NCBI RefSeq assembly: GCF_001194135.2
Contig: NC_069004.1
Span: forward strand, 9,067,841 to 9,102,490
Length of the DNA stretch: 34,650 nt
From: Octopus bimaculoides
Lineage: Eukaryota
Direction: 5' to 3'
Under the pieces are notes generated by a model, which was given only the letters and a program-made list of their open reading frames with translations, was not told the DNA's origin and searched no databases. The position numbers and the translations under genes are program-made. Numbering within the stretch: the first letter of the stretch is position 1; each line of letters opens with the position of its first letter. Shown one piece after another: positions 23,073 to 34,650 of the stretch.

Positions 23073-23294
23073 GACGGACGGACGGGCAGACAGACAGACA
23101 GATATTAGAGGATTTAAGTAAAATTATACAAATGTGTCCGACTGATTAAAAAAATTCTATTTATTTATTTATGCAGCTGAGGATAGCCCTGCATCTAAAT
23201 TGATGTAATTGATTGCATTGTTCAATTAAATGGAGCCGCTTGAAACGGTCGTACTGCATTACCATAGGATATCCTGTTGCTTATTTTGATTTAA

Positions 23295-23350
<56 letters not shown>

Positions 23351-24394
23351 GCAGAGAGATATACAAATATGTACAAAATTATATAAAGACATACATATAT
23401 GCACACGTGCATGCATACACATATACTATGATATACATGTGCATAAGACACACATACATAATATGTTATATACAAACATACATACACATCCACATGTCTA
23501 CATCTATGGCAGTTTTGTGCACCTGAATGTACATTCTGCAAATAACCCTTCTTTAATGCATGTCACTCGTAATCTACCAGTGAAATCGTTTAGCCGATTA
23601 CATAGCTCCGGCTTTATGTGTAACCTAGTAATTTAGTTCATAATTTAGTTCATCTCTATTTGCTATCGGCCACAAATAGGCTTTCATTTATTCATACAAT
23701 TATTTCTATTTAGTTTGCATTGCAATAAATGAACAAACGCATCGTTCGTTACGGATTTTGTTTTGGTTTTATCTTCTTTTTTTTTCTTTTGGCAAAAGAG
23801 CCATTTTTCGATAACGATAGCGACGAGGGAGTGTCTACATAAATCGGGGCAGAGCAAATATCACAAAGGGCTTCGCTCGTGAAGTAACAGGTGACAACAA
23901 AACATTCGGACAGTTAGACGATACAAGAAAGGACAGGAAAAAATAAGGACGGGTCATTTGGAGCTTTCAATCTTCAGTCAAGTACCAGATCGTCTTTTCA
24001 GTTTCGGCCGGTTACATTCATGCACCCATCTCAAAAAGATGCAGCTTCTAAGAATTTTTTTCTTGAAGTCCCCTCCTTCAAACACTCATACGTCGAAACC
24101 GAAAGGAGCGACCATCATTATTTCAAAAGAAGAGTAACTGAAATGGCAGTAACGACAATACGTTCGTATACTAAGTTATTTTAAAATGTTCTTAAAGTAT
24201 TTCAAAGATATAGAGATTGACAATTCGATTAGGTCCTTGATGACTGCTGTTTATATAAATCAATATGAAGCTTGAACGGAACCAATTGGAGTTGGACGAT
24301 TCTGTCTGGAGTTTTCCAGAGTCATGCAACAATAACAATAACAACAAGAAGATAAAGCTAAGCAAAAAGCGATATTTCATAAAATGAAACTTAC

Positions 24395-24480
24395 TCTAAT
24401 TGAGTGACCTTCTCAGAAAGAGCTGATAAAATACAAAACGTTTTAAAATTGATGCGTTTACACTCGGAAAGTTTCAGGAT
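24395..24480 (-). CDS. EF-hand-like region exon (ILKLSECKRINFKTFCILSALSEKVTQL+GA)
   Basis: tatattcctttgcAG acceptor, AGA|GTAAGT donor, phase 0 to 2, joins 21180 in frame. Confidence 0.85.
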
Positions 24481-24564
24481 CTGCAAAGGAATATAAATAC
24501 AAGATATGAAATATAGCAAAAGAATGTGGACATGACGACGGTTAGTTTCATTGCCTTTCTTTAG

Positions 24565-24762
24565 CACATCGAGCAAAATACTTAGTGACATTTCGTTCGT
24601 CTCTACGTTCTGAGTTCCAATTCTGCCATGATCGACTTTATCTTTCATCATTTCGGAGTCGATAAAATAAGTACCAGTTGAGTACTGGGGTCGATGTAAT
24701 CGATTTACCCCTCTCCCCTCCTCCAAAATTGCTAGCCCTATGCCACAATTTGAAACCATTAT
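24565..24762 (+). mobile_element. SINE family A copy
   Basis: Same consensus as 1745-1932. Confidence 0.8.
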
Positions 24763-25197
24763 CATTGTCTTTCTTTGGCCGGGGAAGGACAAACAGTGTT
24801 TTATCTGTCTGGTGGTCCTAGTGGAAGAGGTTGTGAGATGGACCAGATTAAAAGGGTCGAAGACAGACACCTTCCTCTTTAACCAAGCCCTCTTTATCTT
24901 TTCCAAGTTTCACTCGAAAAGAAAAGCGAGGGTGAAGAGGGAAGCACCATCCCCCAACAAATTTGTCCATCAAAATGAAATAAGAGTGGCAAGAATAACC
25001 CGAATGACAGGGCCCACGATGAGCATGTGCCATTAGACTGAAGGATAACAAAAGAGAGAAGGCACTTGCCTTAATGATCTGGGTAACCTTGGTTTTGTGG
25101 AATTCCCACGAGTAGTCCCTCGAAACTCGTCGCCTTTTGGAGAATTATTCATATGTATGTATGCATATATGTCTGTCTTTCTCTCTCTCTCTCTCTA

Positions 25198-25331
<134 letters not shown>

Positions 25332-26159
25332 NNNNNNNNNNNNNNNNNNNNNNNNNNNNNNNNNNNNNNNNNNNNNNNNNNNNNNNNNNNNNNNNNNNNN
25401 NNNNNNNNNNNNNNNNNNNNNNNNNNNNNNNNNNNNNNNNNNNNNNNNNNNNNNNNNNNNNNNNNNNNNNNNNNNNNNNNNNNNNNNNNNNNNNNNNNNN
25501 NNNNNNNNNNNNNNNNNNNNNNNNNNNNNNNNNNNNNNNNNNNNNNNNNNNNNNNNNNNNNNNNNNNNNNNNNNNNNNNNNNNNNNNNNNNNNNNNNNNN
25601 NNNNNNNNNNNNNNNNNNNNNNNNNNNNNNNNNNNNNNNNNNNNNNNNNNNNNNNNNNNNNNNNNNNNNNNNNNNNNNNNNNNNNNNNNNNNNNNNNNNN
25701 NNNNNNNNNNNNNNNNNNNNNNNNNNNNNNNNNNNNNNNNNNNNNNNNNNNNNNNNNNNNNNNNNNNNNNNNNNNNNNNNNNNNNNNNNNNNNNNNNNNN
25801 NNNNNNNNNNNNNNNNNNNNNNNNNNNNNNNNNNNNNNNNNNNNNNNNNNNNNNNNNNNNNNNNNNNNNNNNNNNNNNNNNNNNNNNNNNNNNNNNNNNN
25901 NNNNNNNNNNNNNNNNNNNNNNNNNNNNNNNNNNNNNNNNNNNACATGTAGGTATGTATGTGTACGTGTATGTATTATCCACCAGTTTATATTATATCGG
26001 CGAAGAATTTACACGTTGACGAGAAAAACTGAATAAAAAGAAATTGGGATTTCGGAATTTTCTGTCGTCGAGGCGTAACACTCCGTTGCTTCCTTCGCCC
26101 TGCTTAATGCAGTAAACCAGTGCTTGGTTTATCATAGACTATCGTTCACAAATTTACGA

Positions 26160-26580
26160 CCTTGCTTGCCAATCTCATGGTCCCGCATTCAGTCCCAATG
26201 CATGGCATCTTGGGCAAGTGTCTTCTACTGTATCCTCGGGCCGACCAAGGCCTTTTGAGTGGATTTCATAGAGGGAAACTCCAAGAAGCCCGTCGTATAT
26301 ATATGTGTGTGTGTGTATGTATGGGTGTGTGTATATATTTGTGTATGTGTGTGGGTGTGTGTTTCTTTGTGTCTGTGTTTGTCCTCCCGTCACCGCTTGA
26401 CAACCGGTGTCGGTGCGCTTAACATCCCGTTACCTAGCGGTTCGGCAAAATAGAGCGATAGACTAAATACCAGGCTTTAAAATAAGTCCTGGGATCGAGT
26501 TGCTCGACGAAAATCCTTCAAGGCAGTGCTCCAGCGTAGCCGCAGTCAACTGACTGAAACAAGTAGACGAATAAAAGAAT
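26160..26580 (+). mobile_element. Near full-length long tRNA-derived SINE (family B)
   Basis: cttgggcaagtgtcttctac core, internal (TG)n tract, 3' gtgctccagc...gactgaaacaagta and A-rich tail; shared with fragments at about 5815-5875, 12417-12945 and 31705-31830. Confidence 0.8.
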
Positions 26581-26805
26581 AAATAAATAAAGAAACAAAC
26601 AAACAAACAAACAAACAAACAAATAAGCTACAGTTACAAAACGTTACAATATATTAGTAATAATAATACTCGACAGTCTCTTTTCTCTATCGGCGAAGAG
26701 GAAATTCAGCCATGTTTTCCTGTTTCAACGTGGTTCATATTTGTTCTAGCCTGCACTTGCAGAGATAACAAACAATTGCTTAGTTTTTACTATTATTATT
26801 ATTAC

Positions 26806-26843
<38 letters not shown>

Positions 26844-26918
26844 ATATCTTGCGTTCTCTGATCAGAGAATAACATATTCATGCGGTGGACAGACAGAGGC
26901 CATCAAGTAACTAAATAC

Positions 26919-26970
26919 ATAAATGATGTCAAGATCGTGATAAGGTTTTGTAATTGTGTTAAGTATAAGC
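26919..26970 (-). CDS. Candidate middle exon (G+LILNTITKPYHDLDIIY)
   Basis: ctctttatcAG acceptor, weak donor TAT|GTATTT, phase 2 to 0, compatible with exon 24480. Confidence 0.3.
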
Positions 26971-27148
26971 CTGATAAAGAGGCTGTGGGTGAGCTGTGTG
27001 TTGCTGCTGCTGTTGTTATTAGTAGCGGCGGCGGAAGCGGTGGTGGTGGTGGTGGTGGTGGTGGTGGTGATGGCGACGTCCACGACGACGATGACGATGA
27101 CGATGATGGTAATGATGATGATGATGATGACGATATCACTTTGCTTAC

Positions 27149-27216
27149 AAGCGAAGGTTGCTTAAAGGATGGACATCCAACATGGAAAAGTGAACGTTAA
27201 AATGATGATGAAATCC
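27149..27216 (-). CDS. Candidate middle exon (GFHHHFNVHFSMLDVHPLSNLR+TT)
   Basis: Donor CTT|GTAAGC; acceptor tttatcccccAG lies inside a SINE remnant. Phase 0 to 2 would bridge exon 30098 and exon 26970. Confidence 0.25.
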
Positions 27217-27694
27217 CTGGGGGATAAAAGATAAAGTTGACCTCAAACGAATTTGAACTCAAAATATAAAGATGCCGAACAAATATCTCAAGCCATTTTC
27301 TCCGGTGCTCTAAACTCTTGCGCTGTTTATCTTGATATGAGATCACCATGGGGCGCACATATGGTTGTGATGCATGTGCCTGGTGTACCCTTATCAGCCG
27401 GGTAGTCATGATGGCTATATTGGGCTTCATATATTTCTACCCCAGTGTCACTTTGATGGCAAGCACACCTCTCACACTCAATAATAATAATAATAATGAT
27501 GATGGTTTCAAATTTTGCCACAAGGGCAGCAGTTTTGGGGGAGAGAATAAGTCGATTTCATCGACCCCAGTGTTTCACTGGTACTTAATTTATCGACCTC
27601 GAAAGCATGAAAGGAGGGGAAGTCAACTTCTGCGGAATTTGAACTGAGAACGTAGCGACGGGCGAAATACTACTACTACTACTACTACTACTAC

Positions 27695-27743
<49 letters not shown>

Positions 27744-27890
27744 CCTTTCCACAAGACCTGAAATTTGTGGGGCGGAGGCTCGTCGATTATATTGACCCTA
27801 GTGCTCGACTGGTCTTTATTTCATCGCTCCCGAAGATGAAAGGCAAAGTCGACTGCGGCGGCATTTGAACTCAATACATAAAGAGCCGAA
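27215..27890. mobile_element. Repeat pile: three minus-strand family A SINE pieces around a plus-strand LINE-type 3' end (27340-27500) with an (AAT)n tail
   Basis: Family A cores at 27215-27320, 27500-27670 and 27740-27890; the ggggcgcacatatggttgtgatgc...cacactc(aat)n segment is a recognised Octopus repeat. Confidence 0.65.
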
Positions 27891-28134
27891 AGAAATTCCT
27901 CTAAACTATAAAGTTCAGTTTCATTTATATTCCGGGGGAAAAAAAGGGGGAATTTAGCAATAAAGAAGCAAGTCGCATATTTATAGAAGAAATGTATGCA
28001 TGGTTAAAGAGAGCATAATACGTGATTTTTACTTTTTTAACGTTACTGATTCCACCACCAACGACAGCAACAAAAATAACAGCACCATGACACCGAGACA
28101 TGGAAGGAAAGGCAAGATGTTAACTAATTGTTAC

Positions 28135-28300
28135 CAAACATTTCTTTTGGCACATTAGTATCTCCGTCTGCCTACAATTCCGGTGTCTTAACAAGGAAAG
28201 TAATTATATTAGTTGTTAAGCATTTGTCCGCCATTTTAGCATGTCTAAGAAACGCTGGTTCTATCTGTTGTGTATCGTCTGTCTCATTAAAGTCAGACAT
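28135..28300 (-). CDS. Unresolved candidate exon region: MSDFNETDDTQQIEPAFLRHAKMADKCLTTNIITFLVKTPEL*ADGDTNVPKEMF+G
   Basis: Complex non-repetitive sequence with donor TTG|GTAACA at 28134 and an in-frame TAG at 28174-28172. That TAG may instead be the acceptor of a 37-nt exon (28135-28171). Confidence 0.3.
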
Positions 28301-28768
28301 CACGGTTTTTGTTTCCGGTTTTTCAACGAAAAATTACAAACAACCAGATCAATTAGACAAATTAACAAAGAATTCATTCAAGTCACGTTATGTTTGTGTT
28401 TTCGTTTAATTTATTTGTTTGCTCTGTTTTTGTTTTTTTATTTTATTTTTCTGCAATAGTTTCAAATCGCTTTTTCACAACGACGCATGCGCAGAAGATA
28501 ATTGCCTTCACTTAGGTTTTCAAGTTATTTTTGTAAAGTTTGTTTTGTTTTCTTATCTTTTTCTCGGGATACAAAGATATGTTTGTAGATACTGCACTTA
28601 ATAAATGTATTGCATAAATAACATGAGCTAGGCATGTGGATATGAATACATGTTAGGGGCAGGATGGGGTACCTTTTTAAAAAATCCTTTGTGGTGTGAA
28701 AGTAAATGATTTCGAATGCAGAGAGTCTCAAAAATTCGAGTAGACCAGCCTTTTGTTGATAATTTGTG

Positions 28769-28918
28769 TATGAGGAAGTGCTGAAAAGTTCCTGGCTTTA
28801 AGGGTATCGTGAAAAGCTTGGTTGGAGGCCCAGCCTTCCGAGTTTTTTTACAGGGCCTAGAAAAACTGACGGGCCGGTGCAATAAGTGTATGAATCAGCG
28901 AGGGAAATATGTTGATCA
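28769..28918 (+). mobile_element. Second, truncated copy of the mariner MITE
   Basis: TIR tatgaggaagtgctgaaaagttcctggcttt plus FLQGLEKLTGRCNKCMNQRGKYV; cut off by a SINE. Confidence 0.7.
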
Positions 28919-29105
28919 TAATTTTGGCAGAGGGGTAGCAATTTCGGAGGAGGGAAATCGATTTACATCTGGTAATTATTTTATCGACCGCGAAAGGATG
29001 AAAAGCAAAGTTGACACTAGCGGAATTTGAACTCAGAATGTAAAGACGGACAAAGTGCTGCTAAATATTTCGCCCAGCGTGCTAAACATTTTGCCAGCTC
29101 GCCAC
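28918..29105 (-). mobile_element. SINE family A copy
   Basis: Reverse complement of the family A consensus; abuts the mariner MITE. Confidence 0.75.
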
Positions 29106-29146
29106 CGTATATATTAACATATACATACAAACATACACGTACAAAC

Positions 29147-29188
<42 letters not shown>

Positions 29189-29874
29189 NNNNNNNNNNNN
29201 NNNNNNNNNNNNNNNNNNNNNNNNNNNNNNNNNNNNNNNNNNNNNNNNNNNNNNNNNNNNNNNNNNNNNNNNNNNNNNNNNNNNNNNNNNNNNNNNNNNN
29301 NNNNNNNNNNNNNNNNNNNNNNNNNNNNNNNNNNNNNNNNNNNNNNNNNNNNNNNNNNNNNNNNNNNNNNNNNNNNNNNNNNNNNNNNNNNNNNNNNNNN
29401 NNNNNNNNNNNNNNNNNNNNNNNNNNNNNNNNNNNNNNNNNNNNNNNNNNNNNNNNNNNNNNNNNNNNNNNNNNNNNNNNNNNNNNNNNNNNNNNNNNNN
29501 NNNNNNNNNNNNNNNNNNNNNNNNNNNNNNNNNNNNNNNNNNNNNNNNNNNNNNNNNNNNNNNNNNNNNNNNNNNNNNNNNNNNNNNNNNNNNNNNNNNN
29601 NNNNNNNNNNNNNNNNNNNNNNNNNNNNNNNNNNNNNNNNNNNNNNNNNNNNNNNNNNNNNNNNNNNNNNNNNNNNNNNNNNNNNNNNNNNNNNNNNNNN
29701 NNNNNNNNNNNNNNNNNNNNNNNNNNNNNNGTGCGTGAGTAGGTATAAATGTGTGAGAGAGTGTGTATGTGTGTGTGTGTGTGTGTGTGTATGATTTTAT
29801 CACACGGTGGCAGTTCTACAGCTTCTTCCGTTTCTCCACTCGTCAGCAATGTTGTAGCCGTAAGGCGGCGAGTA

Positions 29875-30080
29875 GGCAGCATCATTCACTCGCGGGGCAA
29901 AATGCTTAGCGGCATTTCGTCCGTCTTTACGTTCTGAGTTCGAATTCCGCCGAGGTCGACTTTGCCTTTCATCCTTTCGGGGTTGATAAAATATGTACCA
30001 GTTGAGAACTGGGGTCGATGTAATCGACTAATCCCCGACTTCGAAATTGCTGGCCTTGCGCCAAAATTTGAAACCAATAA
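29875..30080 (+). mobile_element. SINE family A copy, low divergence
   Basis: gttctgagttcgaattccgccgaggtcgactttgcctttcatcctttcggggttgataaa core. Confidence 0.85.
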
Positions 30081-30097
30081 CATTGGTTGTTACTTAC

Positions 30098-30219
30098 GTT
30101 AGCTGGATGGAGTTTATCAAACAAACTGCTTTGTTGACGTCTGAACGTTGGAGAAACGGTTTGGCTTCTCGTCAGCGGTTTTTCGCTGGAACAGAATGTT
30201 TGCAGTCTGCTGATTAGGT
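30098..30219 (-). CDS. Uncharacterised gene, 122-nt exon (AC+LISRLQTFCSSEKPLTRSQTVSPTFRRQQSSLFDKLHPAN)
   Basis: ttatttgttcacAG acceptor, AAC|GTAAGT donor, phase 1 to 0, open frame. Confidence 0.72.
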
Positions 30220-30519
30220 CTGTGAACAAATAAATAAGCAAATGATTAAATAAATAAATAAATAAATAAATAAACACGTACGTGCAAAGAAAAACAATGT
30301 AACAAAAATACAATTCAAAATAGACATGTACTAGTGGCAAGTGCTTGATTACGTGTGTATATACACACGTACATCCACACTTACCCACGCACATATATAT
30401 AGATAAATAGAGAGAGAGAGAGAGAGGGGGAGACTACATATATCTATATATCCTGCTCAGTATAAAATCCGTGACCTTGTTTTTAAGTTGGGAATTATCA
30501 TCATTGTTCTTATTACTAA

Positions 30520-30855
30520 GGTGGGATGCTGGCAGAACAAAATACTTAACGGCATTTCTTCCGACACTCTACGTTCTGAGTTCAAATTCCACGAAGGTCA
30601 AGTTTGTCTTTTATCCTTTCGGTATCAATGAAATCAATATGAAAAGCGGCGAGATGGCAGAATCGTTAGCATGCCAGACAACCGGTATGTCGTCTGTTTT
30701 TTTTTTACATTCTGAGTTTAAATTCCACTGAAGTCGACTTTGCCTTTCATTCTTTCGTGGTCGGTCGATAAAATAAATACCAGCTTAGCACTAGAATTGG
30801 TGTAATCGACAGACCCCACCACCCTTTAGAATTTCTGGCCAGGAGCGAAAATTAT
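30520..30855 (+). mobile_element. Two head-to-tail SINE family A copies
   Basis: A truncated copy (30520-30640) is followed directly by a second head, gagatggcagaatcgttagc. Confidence 0.75.
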
Positions 30856-31485
30856 TGTTATTTGGAGACAAGTGGATTGGCAAAATGCCGAGTAGAACAC
30901 TTTATGACAGCAATCTGCGTTCAATCCACTCCAATTTTCATACTTCTGATGGTGATAATATATAGTACCAGTCATAGACTGGTGGCGTTTTCATCGATAC
31001 TTTTCTCTTTATCCCGCTAAGTCTGAATGAAGGGACAGTATCCATCACTTTTGCAGGTCCCCACCCCAACCCTGGGGACCAATGAGCTTGATGCTGTTAA
31101 TGCCCCGTTTTAACTATTGCAGGTCAACTCCAGCGGGAAAGGACATAAGCTGCTGATAATCAAACAGCTCAATGCTCATCGTCACATACGACAGAGGATC
31201 CATCACCAATTAATATTAAGTGGCTAATTAAGACGCGTGGTCCAGTGGTTAACCTGTTGGCATTTCGATCATAAGGCCGTGGGCGAACTTTCAGGACCGG
31301 ATGGTGTATTTTGCCATTGCATCAGTTCACTCGGCCGTAAATTAGTTACATTTATTGTTGAATGGTGCCTCGCAGACAATCAGACCAGAATCTTTCAAAT
31401 GCAAAATATCAATGTCACTTGAATGCTGCGGCACATTGGATGATATAAGAGGTAGAGTATTGCTCAGCTATATATACCCTTAACG

Positions 31486-31653
31486 TACCTATTTACTCGT
31501 GCATAAGCCGCACTATTTGATATTTGATTTTAACAGGAAAAAATGGGCTGCGACTTATTCAAGAGACAAAGCTGAAACTATGAAGGGAAAACATTTTGTA
31601 CTAAGCTTTGACAGTAAATTAGGGTTGCGGCTTATATACGAGTAAACACGGTA
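31486..31653. mobile_element. pogo/Tigger-like MITE
   Basis: TIRs ta-cctatttactcgtgcataagccgca / tgcggcttatatacgagtaaacacgg-ta, TA duplication, internal sub-terminal gcgacttat copy. Confidence 0.75.
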
Positions 31654-31846
31654 CACAGCATGTAATTATTTGCATGAATCTATAAATCGCAGATACACGC
31701 CATCTAGCAGGCTTCTGTTTAGTTTCCGTCTATCCAAGTTCATTCACAAAGCTTGGGTCCACAAGGGATGGAAACCGTGATCTTATTATTGCGAAACAAA
31801 CGTTTTTAATCACCCAACCGCCCGGACTCCAAACAAAATAACGTAC

Positions 31847-31884
31847 CTTGTACAAGTTGTATTTCTCTCTTCAATGTTTCAATT
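31847..31884 (-). CDS. Uncharacterised gene, 38-nt exon (A+IETLKREIQLVQ+G)
   Basis: ccattgtAG acceptor, AAG|GTACGT donor. The only open frame is phase 2 to 1, matching both flanking exons. Heptad-like composition. Confidence 0.65.
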
Positions 31885-31983
31885 CTACAATGGAGGACAT
31901 CAAATTCACAGTTGAAACGATAGAGAATGTCATCGACCTATTCTCGTGTTGTTAGTGGCGAAGAAGAATGCAAAAGAAGAGAC

Positions 31984-32023
<40 letters not shown>

Positions 32024-32610
32024 AACGATGATAATGATGATGATTGTGACATATGTATATATATTGTTGACATCATAAAAATTTGTAAACTTCGGAAGAA
32101 CATGAAATAATTCTTATTCTTTTAGAACTGTGGATCTCAAAAGCGGATAAAGCTATGAATGATAGCGTAAAAATAGTGGGTAATAGTTGATAAGTTCATT
32201 TTCACAGACAGTAACGATGCTGACATTTTGTTGATGGTGACCAGATGAGTGTAGAGCAGTGTCCATAGTTGTTTAAAACTTGCTCTGCACATGTTGTTTC
32301 ATAATATGGTGGTCTAATTAGGCTGTGATGATTTGAGGCCTCTGTAGTTGTGCACATTGAGGTACACTCTCCCAAAAACCCCACACGATGCTGCAGACGA
32401 TAAATCAGTTCTCAACCAGATTCCATGTGAACTTTGTGGGTCTATATAAGATTTTGAAATCAGCTATACTTCTACAAATCACAAAATATTTTAGCAGCTT
32501 TTTTATGCAATTCCTAATAATATTTAATTAAATAAGTATAATGGGATTTTTAAACATCAGATTACTATGAGGGTTCATCTGAGTAAAATTAGAATCAAAG
32601 GAGTCCATAG

Positions 32611-32872
32611 GTTGTTGTTGGCACTCCGTCGCTTACGACGTCGAGAGTCCCAGTTGATCCGATCAACGGAACAGCCTGCTCGTGAAATTAACGTGCAAGT
32701 GGCTGAGCACTCCACAGAAAACGTGTACCCTTAACGTAGTTCTCGGGGATATTCAGCGTGACACAGTGTGACAAGGCTGACCCTTTGAATTACTGGCACA
32801 ACAGAAACAGGAAGTAAGAGTGAGAGAAAGTTGTGGTGAAAGAGTACAGCACGGTTCGCCAACATCCCCTGC
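32611..32872 (-). mobile_element. SINE family C 3' part, running into a gap
   Basis: (CAA)n tail; near-identical to 18215-18385. Confidence 0.8.
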
Positions 32873-34185
32873 NNNNNNNNNNNNNNNNNNNNNNNNNNNN
32901 NNNNNNNNNNNNNNNNNNNNNNNNNNNNNNNNNNNNNNNNNNNNNNNNNNNNNNNNNNNNNNNNNNNNNNNNNNNNNNNNNNNNNNNNNNNNNNNNNNNN
33001 NNNNNNNNNNNNNNNNNNNNNNNNNNNNNNNNNNNNNNNNNNNNNNNNNNNNNNNNNNNNNNNNNNNNNNNNNNNNNNNNNNNNNNNNNNNNNNNNNNNN
33101 NNNNNNNNNNNNNNNNNNNNNNNNNNNNNNNNNNNNNNNNNNNNNNNNNNNNNNNNNNNNNNNNNNNNNNNNNNNNNNNNNNNNNNNNNNNNNNNNNNNN
33201 NNNNNNNNNNNNNNNNNNNNNNNNNNNNNNNNNNNNNNNNNNNNNNNNNNNNNNNNNNNNNNNNNNNNNNNNNNNNNNNNNNNNNNNNNNNNNNNNNNNN
33301 NNNNNNNNNNNNNNNNNNNNNNNNNNNNNNNNNNNNNNNNNNNNNNNNNNNNNNNNNNNNNNNNNNNNNNNNNNNNNNNNNNNNNNNNNNNNNNNNNNNN
33401 NNNNNNNNNNNNNNNNNNNNNNNNNNNNNNNNNNNNNNNNNNNNNNNNNNNNNNNNNNNNNNNNNNNNNNNNNNNNNNNNNNNNNNNNNNNNNNNNNNNN
33501 NNNNNNNNNNNNNNNNNNNNNNNNNNNNNNNNNNNNNNNNNNNNNNNNNNNNNNNNNNNNNNNNNNNNNNNNNNNNNNNNNNNNNNNNNNNNNNNNNNNN
33601 NNNNNNNNNNNNNNNNNNNNNNNNNNNNNNNNNNNNNNNNNNNNNNNNNNNNNNNNNNNNNNNNNNNNNNNNNNNNNNNNNNNNNNNNNNNNNNNNNNNN
33701 NNNNNNNNNNNNNNNNNNNNNNNNNNNNNNNNNNNNNNNNNNNNNNNNNNNNNNNNNNNNNNNNNNNNNNNNNNNNNNNNNNNNNNNNNNNNNNNNNNNN
33801 NNNNNNNNNNNNNNNNNTTTTTTTTTTTTTTTTTTTTTTTTTTTTGTATTGCACATGAGCTTGGTCTTCCATTGAAGTTTTATGAAATTAGATAGCTTAA
33901 GGCTAGGTTTATCGCCGTTTAATTCTTTTTGACAGCATGTAAAATTTTCGCCATTTTTATAGAAGTCGATACAGAATGAAAAATGAAAGCAATCCAGCTT
34001 TATTTTGAAAGGGATTTGCTTGAAACCCTGTTATGCTATATAATAGTGTACCTGTGTCAGGAGGACACAAAAGAAATAGATAAAAAAAATGCAATAGAAC
34101 AACCACTTTATCGCATCGTTTGATATAAAAACATTTTAGACAGATCTAGCAATGAAATTCAAAAAGATTACACCGAAGCAATTAC

Positions 34186-34215
34186 CTGGTTCGCAACTTT
34201 CTCGACACTTTGTCT
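34186..34215 (-). CDS. Uncharacterised coiled-coil/EF-hand-like gene, 30-nt exon (A+DKVSRKLRT+AG)
   Basis: Strong acceptor cttttattttatatttacAG, donor CAG|GTAATT. The phase 2 to 2 reading joins both neighbours. Confidence 0.65.
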
Positions 34216-34318
34216 CTGTAAATATAAAATAAAAGAAACCTGTATATGCGTTAGTGGCACTAACGAATAAAATAAACGTATGTATATCTATTCTGTATTA
34301 TAATCAAATTCCATTTAC

Positions 34319-34347
34319 GTTGACTCTGTCTTCCAGCGATCAGTCAT
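34319..34347 (-). CDS. Uncharacterised coiled-coil/EF-hand-like gene, putative first coding exon (MTDRWKTES+AC)
   Basis: Acceptor ctacAG at 34371-34370, upstream in-frame TAA, ATG at 34347, donor AAC|GTAAAT. Phase 2 matches the next exon. Confidence 0.5.
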
Positions 34348-34650
34348 AAAACTTTATAATATAGATTCACTGTAGAGGTGGTGTTGGTGTAATCGCTTGT
34401 AGCTTCTCACCAAATTTGTATTTCAATGTTATATTCTAAAATGTTATTCGTAACATAAAGAGATGATAAATTCACAACAGGAATCACTAAATGGATTATA
34501 TTGAGATAAACAGCTGGGTGTGAGGAAACTAGAGACGATCTGCATTGGTAATTACTGGACATACACACAGTTTGAAAGTGGAATTAATGGTTTTGTTTGC
34601 TGCGAACGAGAAGAAGGGACGCTTCGTTAAGGAATTATATATATATATAT

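Noticed and set aside
24765-25135. Higher-GC segment with a strong minus-strand acceptor and an AAG|GCAAGT donor
   Set aside because: No frame resembles the EF-hand region or fits the phases convincingly; probably an old retroelement fragment I cannot classify.
32200-32440. 60-aa minus-strand ORF and similar complex patches at 31000-31220 and 700-985
   Set aside because: No splice-site support and no recognisable domain.

Overview
AT-rich, microsatellite-saturated animal genomic DNA from a gapped draft assembly (10 N-runs). The SINE/LINE/MITE families look like those of Octopus (inference from recognised repeats, not a database search). Almost all long ORFs in the track are microsatellite or N-gap artefacts; the real genes are spliced. 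(1) Plus strand: four coding exons (4074-4121, 8131-8219, 12126-12186, 13032-13112) with canonical, phase-matched splice sites give a 92-aa single-pass membrane microprotein of the NDUFA4/COXFA4 family, closest to C15orf48/NMES1. A candidate ETS-CRE/ETS/YY1 promoter lies at 1312-1385 and poly(A) signals at about 13.86 kb. (2) Minus strand, convergent: an uncharacterised multi-exon gene (about 34.35 kb down to 16.5 kb) with an N-terminal coiled coil and a degenerate EF-hand-like C-terminus; its middle exons are unresolved and one candidate contains an in-frame UAG. Introns hold three minimal type I hammerhead ribozyme motifs of Penelope-like type (two near-intact, one decayed), Hero-type and R4/Dong-type LINE relics, mariner and pogo MITEs, many tRNA-derived SINEs, two identical RFX X-box palindromes and an 89-bp-arm palindrome at a contig end.
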